Notes under the pieces: generated by a model
Database searches by the model: none
Seen by the model: the letters and a program-made list of their open reading frames with translations, nothing else
What the model was told of the DNA's origin: nothing
Shown here: positions 1-10,500 of the stretch, piece after piece
How positions within the stretch are numbered: the first letter of the stretch is position 1
Layout: the number at the start of each line of letters is the position of its first letter
Assembly (NCBI RefSeq): GCF_003918875.1
Contig: NW_025767309.1
Location: forward strand, 62,001-126,000
Source: Haliotis rubra
Taxonomy: Eukaryota
Direction: 5' to 3'
DNA: 64,000 nucleotides
Position numbers and translations under genes: made by a program

Positions 1-216
1 CCACTGGGGCATTCTTCCCCTCCCCACAATAAATGATGCTGTTAAAGTACTTGTTCCCACAAAACCTTTTGATTTATTAATCCCTCCCAAAGTGTGCCAA
101 TATATATGATCCAAACTGGTCACATATGGCTTTCACATGTTATTCTTTGTTAAATTAAGATTACAAAGAAGACAGTGTTTCATTACGGTGCAGTCATGGT
201 GTCCATTGCATTCACA

Positions 217-1658
217 GTGGCCTATTGAGTGAGTTTAGTTTTACGCCGCACTCAGCAATATTCCAGCTGTATGGCGGTGGCCTATTGAGTGAGTTTAGTT
301 TTACGCCGCACTCAGCAATATTCCAGCTATATGGCGGTGGCCTATTGAGTGAGTTTAGTTTTACGCCGCACTCAGCAATATTCCAGCTATATGGCGGTGG
401 CCTATTGAGTGAGTTTAGTTTTACGCCGCACTCAGCAATATTCCAGCTATATGGCGGTGGCCTATTGAGTGAGTTTAGTTTTACGCCGCACTCAGCAATA
501 TTCCAGCTATATGGCGGTGGCCTATTGAGTGAGTTTAGTTTTACGCCGCACTCAGCAATATTCCAGCTATATGGGGGTGGCCTATTGAGTGAGTTTAGTT
601 TTACGCCGCACTCAGCAATATTCCAGCTGTATGGCGGTGGCCTATTGAGTGAGTTTAGTTTTACGCCGCACTCAGCAATATTCCAGCTGTATGGCGGTGG
701 CCTATTGAGTGAGTTTAGTTTTACGCCGCACTCAGCAATATTCCAGCTATATGGCGGTGGCCTATTGAGTGAGTTTAGTTATTCCAGCTATATGGCGGTG
801 GCCTATTGGGTGAGTTTAGTTTTACGCCGCACTCAGCAATATTCCAGCTATATGGCGGTGGCCTATTGAGTTTAGTTTTAGTTTAGTTTTACGCCGCACT
901 CAGCAATATTCCAGCTATATGGCGGTGGCCTATTGAGAGTTTAGTTTTACGCCGCACTCAGCAATATTCCAGCTATATGGCGGTGGCCTATTGAGTGAGT
1001 TTAGTTTTACGCCGCACTCAGCAATATTCCAGCTATGGCGGTGGCCTATTGAGTGAGTTTAGTTTTACGCCGCACTCAGCAATATTCCAGCTATATGGCG
1101 GTGGCCTATTGAGTGAGTTTAGTTTTACGCCGCACTCAGCAATATTCCAGCTATATGGCGGTGGCCTATTGAGAGTGAGTTTAGTTTTACGCCGCACTCA
1201 GCAATATTCCAGCTGTATGGCGGTGGCCTATTGAGTGAGTTTAGTTTTACGCCGCACTCAGCAATATTCCAGCTATATGGCGGTGGCCTATTGAGTGAGT
1301 TTAGTTTTACGCCGCACTCAGCAATATTCCAGCTGTATGGCGGTGGCCTATTGAGTGAGTTTAGTTTTACGCCGCACTCAGCAATATTCCAGCTATATGG
1401 CGGTGGCCTATTGAGTGAGTTTAGTTTTACGCCGCACTCAGCAATATTCCAGCTGTATGGCGGTGGCCTATTGAGTGAGTTTAGTTTTACGCCGCACTCA
1501 GCAATATTCCAGCTATATGGCGGTGGCCTATTGAGTGAGTTTAGTTTTACGCCGCACTCAGCAATATTCCAGCTGTATGGCGGTGGCCTATTGAGTGAGT
1601 TTAGTTTTACGCCGCACTCAGCAATATTCCAGCTATATGGCGGTGGCCTATTGAGTGA
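217..1658. repeat. 60-bp tandem array (~24 copies) built from the reverse-complemented 3' tail of SINE family B plus local target sequence
   Basis: Unit GTGGCCTATTGAGTGAGTTTAGTTTTACGCCGCACTCAGCAATATTCCAGCTRTATGGCG, near-identical copies with a few indels. Most of the unit is the reverse complement of the tail at 13248-13300. Confidence 0.97.
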
Positions 1659-1913
1659 AGTGTGAGGTCCATAAATAACAAGAATGGTTGATCAGCATTC
1701 TAGATGTTGTTCAGTAAATAGGAAGACATAAGACTTTATGAATAACAGGCTTTAGCTTGATAACTGTGTAAGAATTTACATTAAAATGTTGTTCTATGCA
1801 ATAAACAAAAGTTGTTATCCATAAAATTGTATGCTTCATTATCGACCTAAAATGGCCCATAATTCCCATAACAATGAGAGGGAAAGCCTGTGAAGATAAA
1901 TTTATAAGATAAG

Positions 1914-1919
1914 TTTATT
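1914..1919 (-). terminator. Putative DPH5 polyadenylation signal
   Basis: Minus strand reads TGA AATAAA, i.e. the hexamer directly follows the stop codon. Confidence 0.5.
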
Positions 1920-4900
1920 TCAGGAGGATGGTAAACAGGACTGAAGATGAGTCTTGACACTGTCATCGAGAGCAAAAAGATTTAACATGTCTATTTCCAG
2001 GGGGTGCATGTGGCCTGGAATAGCTAATGAATGCAGAGGTTCCCCAAGGTCAACTGAGGTCAACTGCTTCAAGGTGGCAACACATATCTTCTGGTCGTCA
2101 CACCCAACCCTTGCCAGCCCGACACACACGGTATCTTCTGACAGAGCTGAAACAGTCACAACATGTCCCTGATGTAACGTGGAACTAGAAACCTGAAACC
2201 ACAGCTTCATCAATAGGCCCCTAGATCCAGATGCATGTCGGTAGTATTGACTACCAGGGACTCTGGAGACAGCCAATGACTAAGCACACGTCATAACATA
2301 TTGTATATCTAATAATATACAAAATAATATATAACATAGCATTTGTGAAGCAGACATAAAATTTCCATGAGTGAGTGAGTATGGTTTTACGCCGCTTTTA
2401 GCACTATTCCAGCAATATCACGGCGGAGTACAGCAGAAATGGGCTTCACACATTGTGCCCATGTGGGGAATCGAACCCGGGTCTTCGGCGTGACGAGCCA
2501 ACGCTTTAACCATTAGGCTACCCCACCGCCCCAAAATGTCCATGAAGGGATCTGAACCATGGACCTTCTGATCAAAGGTGAGACACCTTGTCCACATGAT
2601 CAAAGAGGTTCACTTTGTCAGCAGGCTAACACTGTAAGGAACTCATCTATTCATAATACGGTGTTGAATTCGTCATAACATGCCACAGGCTTGTTGATAT
2701 TTCCCAATACTATAATCCCATTACTATAATCCCATAATCACGCTAACGACCTGAGTTTAATTCCCCACATGGGTACAATGTGTGAAGCCCATTTCTGCCA
2801 TGACCATAATCGAATATTGCTAAAAGTGGCATAAAACAATACTCACTCACCAGTGAATAAGACTGACTGAGTTTGGTTTTACGCCGCTTTTAGCAATATT
2901 CAAGCAACATCATGGCAGGGGACACCAGAAATGGGCTTCACACATTGTACCCATGTGGGGATTCGAACACGGGTCTTCGGCGTGACAAGCCAACGCTTTA
3001 ACCACTAGGCTACCCCACCGCCCCCAGTAAATAAGAACATAATTAAGTGAGCAAATGTCTTATTATCCCACTTTCCTCCTCCACGAGGTGTTGGACTGTC
3101 GTCACGATATGGCTGAGATATTGCCGATGTGACGTTAAATATTAACTCACTCACTCACTGTTGGACTGAGCCATAACAATAAAGGCCAGTGGTTTGCTGC
3201 ATGTCCTGTCAATGTTCTAGCACAAAAAGGGGCACACACCTAAATGGCATGCACCATAAGCCTGCGTGCACAGTATATACAAGTGCAGTAATAATCTTAA
3301 ATGCAATGTTCAACCCCATTTAACCCCACCTGATCTCTTATGACACGAGACCTGTGAAGATCCGGGTTAGAATTGATCTTCATTAACCCATGCTTGTAAT
3401 AAGAGGTGACTACCAGGATTGGGTGGTCAGACTCGCTGACTTGGTTGACACGTCATCGTATCCCAATTGTATAGGTCGATGCTCATGCTGTTGATCACTG
3501 GATTGCCTCTCAAACTCGATTATTTACAGACTGTCGCCATATAGCTGGAATATTGCTGAGTGCGCCATAAAACTAAACTCACTCACTCACTCGCTCTTAT
3601 GACACGATCAGTGTATGACAGAACAGCCATGATAAGATGCTGTACATCATACCATACAGTAGGCAGCATGTCTGCATGATGTGAAAGTCTCACCAAGGTT
3701 CTGTCCTCCCTCCTCTCCCTTCCGCTGCACAATCTCCAGAAGCTGCTCAGCCGCTTGACTCACAGACATGAACCGTGGGGGCTCAAATATCTTATTTCCC
3801 CTGAAACAGACAGACATGAATGTTGGCGTTTCATCAGCATTTTTTTTCATCACATATTTCTCAACAAAAGATAACAACATTTAATGCTCAAACATGATAA
3901 TAACAATTATGAATATATTTATATGATTATTTATGTCAATGTTTCAAATTCATGTAAAATGGTATTTTTCTTCAGTTTCAATACTCACTTCATCAGGTTT
4001 TCAATAGTCTGTTCCTTCATTTTTATATCTGGAATGAAAGACAAATAGTTGTGTATATAATATTACTTATACAGACTAACTGTATGCAGATGACAATCAG
4101 GTGAGACAAGAGCAGTGAGGTGTAGCGAGAAGATCTCCCCTTGACACTTATGTTGAAAAGCCTGGGTTCAATTCCCGACATGGGTAGAACGTATGAAGCC
4201 CATGTCCCGCGATAATGTTGCTGGGATATTGCTACACAGGTAAACGAGTTAGGCATTACAGTCACTACAGAACTGTTATGGTCGTCATGGGTCACAAAAA
4301 TAAAGCATGAACTACATGACCTATTCAAATACGATAGCGGAAAACCTCTAAGCCCCCAATGACTCCCTTAGTAAAAAAAATCCTTTCATAGAAGAAATCA
4401 CAGTACAGAGTTTAATGAGTGATTCTGGCAGCAGAGAATCACAACTTGTAGGTCCAACAGAGTTATGTCCCTTTGAACACGGTATTCTCAGCACAAGCTG
4501 TAGAGCTACATTTGTCAAAATCATAAAATCGTTGGGGAAACAACATGTCGGAAATAAAGAAGTACTAAAAACAACAGTTGTGTAAAATTTTGAAACTCCA
4601 TTAATCAAATATTAACATTCAATATCAATTGAGGTGAGGTGAGGTGAAATTGGGTTTAACGTCGTGCTTGAGAATATTTCGCTCATATGACGACGTGCAT
4701 GCGTGTGTATGTGTATGTGCGGCTGCTTGTACTAGCCCAGACTTAAGCTGGTTTTATAGTGCTAGCCCACTGAGATACCATGCCGCAGTGAAGCATGAAT
4801 AACCCACATTATACTGACTCCGAGACAACCAGTCCTTGTTGTACTCATTAACGCCGAGCGCCAGGCAGGGACCAACAAGTACCATATTTTAACGTCTTTT

Positions 4901-7311
4901 GGTATGACGCGGTCGGGGATTGAACCCACAACCTTCCGCTTCCCGGACGATCTAACCACTACACCACAGAGGCGGTCATTCAACATCAAGTGGCGAGGAA
5001 ATTATGTGCAATGGATATGTGTTAAATATAACTGTCATTGCACATATAAGTTTAAATCAAAGCAAGAACAGGATTTCTTAAGTGATAAAAGTAAACAAAA
5101 TACAACTGAAGGGTAGTGCAGGCAATAGAGTACCATAAGGACTATAAGAGTTATGTCCCTTAGAACACCATGTGACTGTGACGAGAGAGCAGTCTATCAA
5201 ATTATAGGTGGTACTTTTAAATTTGCTTCTGTCGAATTGTATCTAGATACTAATTATTAACTTAACACATGAGCAAAGACCAGCACCCACTACCTTCCAT
5301 GCTTACTCTCAAACACTACAGCTGGTGAGTGATTACCTGTTTATGCCAAATCAGGAATTTGGCCACAATCAACATAATATATCTGAATTAGATCCAGTGA
5401 AGCGCATGCTTAAAGAAAATTGTTTGTGTAAAATATTTAAGATTTACGTAACCGAATGCTCAAAGCTAACAACAGCACTAGGACTGCACGGTATACCAGT
5501 AAACCGGTAAACCGGTATACCGCAAAACACTTTTCAAACGATACATATTGTAATATTTATTCTGAGAACCAGTATATTGGGTAAAGAACATATATGATAT
5601 TTTTGTGATTATCTTTATGGTTTAAATTAAAATCTACACAGACTTTCATTCACAACAGATGTTTTATTTCATTATTCAACGACAAAACGGCATACTGCAA
5701 AACTATAAATTTATAAAAAAAGAAAATAGAATCCCTGACTATGCAACCTAAGTTTGAGATTGCTGTTATCAGAACCATAACATATATTTTAGGGACTTAT
5801 AATGTAGAAAATTGGATTGACATGTACAATTAGTGTCACTCACAGACAAACACTTAAGTTCCTAAAATATAGCAATACGTACTGCAATAAGGGTACCTGA
5901 ATCAAAATATATTGCAATATAATTTATTTGCCAATACACACCCCTAAACAGCACTAATTACAAACAAACCTCAATGGGCACCAGATTATATCAACACGTT
6001 TATCTTCACCATCTCACACAATCACCCACCTGCAAACCACAGCAACCAACAGCATTCATGATGGAGGCATTGTGGATCACTCGGTATTGTATACCCTTCT
6101 CAACAGCTCGCAGGATAAGGTCAGTGTGGGTTGTCGCTCTGTAAACAAAGAATCACTATCACATCACAAACCTTGTATTATACGGACAACCTTTCCAAAT
6201 AATTCTAAAAATATCAAAAGAATTTTGGTTGTAATACATAGAACTAAACATAGGATAAATGTGGTTATTATTAGAAGAATAACTATATAAAGTCTCAGCT
6301 TTAGGTCTAGAAAGTGAAATATGCCTGAGATCAGTCAACTGACAGACAGCTGGCACTAAAACTGTTTTGAATATTCTTGCCTACTTATTTACCACATTTT
6401 TTCTCTGTTGATTAACTTTCTCACAACACTGTCAGAAGAAAACATGCCAGATTAAATTTGTATTTAACTATTACAACGAGTTTGCATCATTCAACAAAAT
6501 TGTTCTGTTTTATGTGGATTTCCTGAATCCTTACTAGCTGTATGTGACTGATTGAGTGAGCACCACAGTGGCATAATAAACATGTGAACCTGACACAAAT
6601 GAGTATTGCAGCATAATTCTTTATCCATTGTTGACCCAACATATAATTTACCCAAGGGATCTCCAACCACCAGAAACGCCACATCTGACTTGTCAGTGCC
6701 ATCCAACAACTCATCTGTAATCAGAGATATCAAATCTAAAATATATCACTTCAAGTGTGGGTACCATTCACGTGGAAATTTATGTGGAAATTGGAAACAG
6801 TAAAACTATTTCTTGCTGAACAAGGAACTTGAAATTTACCTGACTGTTGCTCAACCATGTCTCTGTCAGCAAGAATTATTTTTCGTCCATAGTACTCCTC
6901 CTGAAAATTTTCGTTTTTACATTATTGTAGTCTGCTATTATACTACGTACAGTGGTAAGAGTACCGAAACCGCTGGAAACTCAACACTAGTAGTCTAAAT
7001 TACAGTTATTGGAAATATTCCGTGTTTTAGGAAAACAGTTTAAGAAAGAAACAACCGGTGAAATAAATAGAATATTGTGATGGCAATGATTATCATAATT
7101 TGTTTACATTTCTGAAAATCATGTCAGGTTATAGATAACGGTAACACAATTTAAGTAGCAATAGCCATTATTTTACCAATGCTTCCTTGCCAACAGTCAG
7201 GATTGATGTGTACGCTTCAAGGTAAACCCTCTCAGCATTCTTAACAACTTCTAGGCCTTTCACAGTTATATCTTTTACATCTCCCAAGCCCAAACCAACT
7301 AGATAAAACAT
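1920..7311 (-). CDS. DPH5: Diphthine methyl ester synthase (spliced)
   Basis: GT-AG exons: 7177-7311 ([45 protein letters not shown]), 6840-6900 ([18 protein letters not shown]), 6652-6714 ([12 protein letters not shown]), 6030-6138 ([11 protein letters not shown]...[17 protein letters not shown]), 3989-4028 ([14 protein letters not shown]), 3694-3800 ([23 protein letters not shown]), 1920-2146 ([14 protein letters not shown]...DLGEPLHSL...HPLEIDML). One expected exon was not found (see findings). Confidence 0.96.
2369..2532 (-). mobile_element. tRNA-head SINE family A (~165 bp)
   Basis: A/B-box-like head GGGGCGGTGGGGTAGCCTAATGGTTAAAGCG...GGTTCGATTCCC, (ACTC)n tail, TSD-like AAAAT(T/G)TCCATGA on both sides. 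Confidence 0.9.
2862..3025 (-). mobile_element. tRNA-head SINE family A
   Basis: Same family as 2369-2532; TSD CCAGT(G/A)AATAAGA. A partial plus-strand copy lies at ~2740-2850. Confidence 0.9.
3099..3158 (+). mobile_element. 5'-truncated retroposon tail with 10-bp TSD
   Basis: GATATGGCTGAGATATTGCCGATGTGACGTTAAA...(ACTC)n flanked by TGTTGGACTG on both sides. Confidence 0.75.
3350..3593 (+). mobile_element. Non-tRNA-head SINE family B (RUDI-like)
   Basis: Head ACCTGTGAAGATCCGGGTTAGAAT, core CACTGGATTG...GACTCGATTATTTACAGAC, (ACTC)n tail, 14-bp TSD CTCTTATGACACGA (3335-3348 and 3594-3607). Confidence 0.88.
4631..4978 (-). mobile_element. tRNA-head SINE family C (~350 bp)
   Basis: tRNA-like head (TGGTGTAGTGG...GGTTCAATCCC), (CTCAC)n tail, TSD ATTCAA(T/C)ATCAA. 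Near-identical copies at 36420 and 49445. Confidence 0.88.
5479..5946. mobile_element. hAT-like MITE
   Basis: Ends TAGG...CCTA with perfect 8-bp TSD AACAGCAC (5471-5478 and 5947-5954). Confidence 0.75.
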
Positions 7312-7588
7312 GATTAAAGTACTAATATGAATCAAAACAACGTCTCAGAAATAACAAGCACATGTCTAAATGACAGGAAGTTGGTTTCTGCTATAGTTGG
7401 TAGTATGTACTGTTAGTTTTGATTGGATGTGATGAAAATCGGGAACCAATCATAATGTTTATACTAGACGCCTTCGTACATTAGTTTCCGGTCAAACAGA
7501 AGAGCCGAGAGAGTTGATTTGTCATTCAACAAAGATTCTAGAAAATATTTAGAAATTGGAGAGTACTGAGATCATATTCGTCTGCAAA
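7312..7588. promoter_or_regulatory. Bidirectional promoter shared by DPH5 and UBE3C
   Basis: Divergent ATGs only 277 bp apart. Oppositely oriented CCAAT boxes (ATTGG 7422, CCAAT 7446) and ETS-like sites (CAGGAAGT 7374, TTTCCGG 7485). Confidence 0.8.
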
Positions 7589-10500
7589 ATGTACAGTTTT
7601 GAAGGAGATTTCAGAAGAAAGCCCGTTCAGTCCTTGAGGGGTGCAAGTAAAAAGGTATTTTGATGTTGCGATTACTTCTTTTGATCAAGCGAAACTAATA
7701 TTCAATCAGCTGTTTTGGATTTCAGTCGAAACATTACGACATTCGTAGTTTTCTTACATGAAAAAGAAGACGACCGACGACATATCTGTGTTGTTCGATT
7801 GAAGACTCTATACGAATAATTATTATTGTGGGTTGGTAGAGTTGATCATGATAATGACCTTTCATATCTGTGTAGTCTATTTCAGTAATCCATCTCAGTA
7901 ATTTACCCTGAAATCCTACTGGGTAGAAAGCTTGCACAATAATTGGACCTAACGTAATTAAAGATGTCCAAGGGTTTTTACTTCAAATTTGAGCAGACAA
8001 TTTCAACAGTGATGCTTCCTGGATTGGGATGATTGAATTTGTGGGACCAATTTGTGTAACTGTCAATGTTAGTGTATATGTCGTTGTATCATGACTTTTC
8101 AGACGCTTAATCATCTTAATAAACAATAGTTGTTTTCTCGCTTATCACATGAAACACTTTAAAACATTTCTGTAACACACAACAGACAACTTAACCTAAA
8201 CACAAGCCATAATCTAAGTAGTTACAATGTCTGTGTTACATCAGAAATGGGTGACATCCCCAAAAATGTGTTCCAACAATATACTTTTTGTTGTGTTGTC
8301 TGAACTGGACTCATCTGCTCAATCCACTGAAAATCTATATTTTCTCATTGATTTCCATATATGCATTTTCATAATCATTCATATCACTGAGGTTATCAAT
8401 ATCACATGTCATCCAAGGCTTTATTTAACTTGTTTGTTGTCATCATGGTCATTATCAACTTTCTAATGTCAATATTAAAAAATGAGGCCTTATCGGTAGC
8501 GGCAATAAAATTTCTGAGTCCCGTGCTGGGATTCAAACCAAGGACCTTCTGATCCAAAGTCGGACGCCTTGTCCACATGACCAAAGAGGTTAACCCCATC
8601 AGCAATCTGACAAGGTAAGGATGTCATCTGTGGGGTGGCTCCACATCCTGCTACATACTCCCCCGTCAACAGAAGGCATGTCCCGAGCCACATAGCAGGG
8701 CACTGAGATTTATTTTGCTCAAATTTAATATGAACAGGCTCAGCCCCACATTGGGCACCAATGTACTATTTAGCAGCCATAAGATCCCATGCTTGGATTC
8801 GAACAATGGACCTTCTGATCCGAAGTCGGACACCTTGTCCACATGACCAAAGAGGCTAACCCTGTCAGCAAGCTGACAAGGTAAGGATGTCATCTGCAGG
8901 ATGACTCCAAGCTCTGCTACATATCTTTCCTCAGTGCTTCAGGGTTGGTGGGCGAAGCACTGGCTTGCCATATTGATGGCCCTGTTTGATTTCCCCACGT
9001 GTGATTTCCCCACATGTGTTCAGCGAGGGAAGTTCTTTGCTCGTATCCCCATCATGATATTGCTTGAATCATGAATGCTGCCATGACCAGTGTTAAACAC
9101 AACTCACTAACAGTGGAAATGTTGGAAATGTGGCTAAAATTGAGACCAATATGCCCCTGTATATATACAGTTCATCTGGTCACATATTCCTGAAACCAAG
9201 CCTATTGTTTCCAAATGCCATATACCCCATAAGCATGATATGTTTTAAAGTCAGTCTCAAACTGTTGTTATTAAGCATGTCAAGTACTTGGATGTTGTCC
9301 TAATCCAAATCATAATGATCATGTTTGTCATTTGACATGTTGTAGGAACAGAAAGAATCGCTACTGAAGAGAGCACAAGAAGAAAGGCAAAAGAGAGAGG
9401 TAATTATGTAATCCTTGTTAAGTGGTATAGAGTATATCCCAAATGGTGTTGAACATTGGTGACCTTTGGTAGATTTTCTTGAACATCTGGTCATAAATAT
9501 TCAAGTTCTGACCTGTCTTGAGCTTTATGAATGTTTTGGATTTTTTTGTCCTATTTTAATAATGAGACAATATCTTTTTGTTAATCATTGCCACACATTA
9601 GTATACTTCTTCTACACTGATGTGTTTTCTGGAAAAGAATGTAGTATAAAACGAAAATACATATTCATGTGATTGTTTCTGTTCAGGGTGCTTAAAATAT
9701 TACTTACTGATTAGTCTTGAAGTTGGTCATTGGGAGCTTTTCGTGATGCTTAGACCCTTGCTTAGAGAGGACTACTTAATCTTGTTATTAGAGCAACTGT
9801 ATCACAACAAGCAATCGGTGGTTATTTTGATAATTAGAGTGACAATTAAGATATTTCATCATGTTCAGAAATATCAGTAATTACAGCTGTAACTATGCAC
9901 CATACTACACTTTGTTGTGATGCCTACCTCAGAAGTAAGGTCTTAACACAAGTGTTTGCCATGATGCACAATTTGATGCACAAGTTATCTCAAATACGCA
10001 GTGAATTTAGAAGCCAGTGTCATTGTTCAGAAGTAAGGTCTTAACACAATACAATACATGGAAACTGAACACTTGACATGTACCTGGTTGTAAGTGTTGT
10101 GGGAACACTAAGAAGATGGCTTGCTTCAATAATGTTTAATCTACATGAGTTTACAGTTTACCAGCGTCGTATAGCAGATGCTGGTTGCCGCCATACCTGG
10201 TTGGCTACAAAACTTGGCTTGACATATGAAACTATAACAAGGATTCAAAAGCGGAATACAGATTTATCATTTATAATTCTACACTGGTCATCAAAGAATT
10301 TGAAAAGTTCCCAAACCACAATGACCTGAGGCATAGGCAATTTGTGTCATTTGTAAAACAGTGGCTCTAGCATTCATTTATGCTTCTTATACCTTGTTCA
10401 GAAAATAGTGCATTACCATAATTACAGTTTATGTTCATGTAGTTGTTAATGCCACTTATGCATGTACTTGTATCAGTAAGTGTATTAATACATCATGACC

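Noticed and set aside
217-1665. CRISPR-like array, or repeat proteins from ORFs 225-869, 995-1234 and 1231-1665
   Set aside because: Units are identical with no unique spacers, there are no cas genes and the context is eukaryotic. The ORFs are stop-free readings of a 60-bp repeat with non-ATG starts.
4458-4474. Recurrent AGAGTTATGTCCCTT-like motif (also 5147, 24043, 27274, 34089)
   Set aside because: Probably a fragment of an abundant dispersed repeat; no element boundaries could be defined here.
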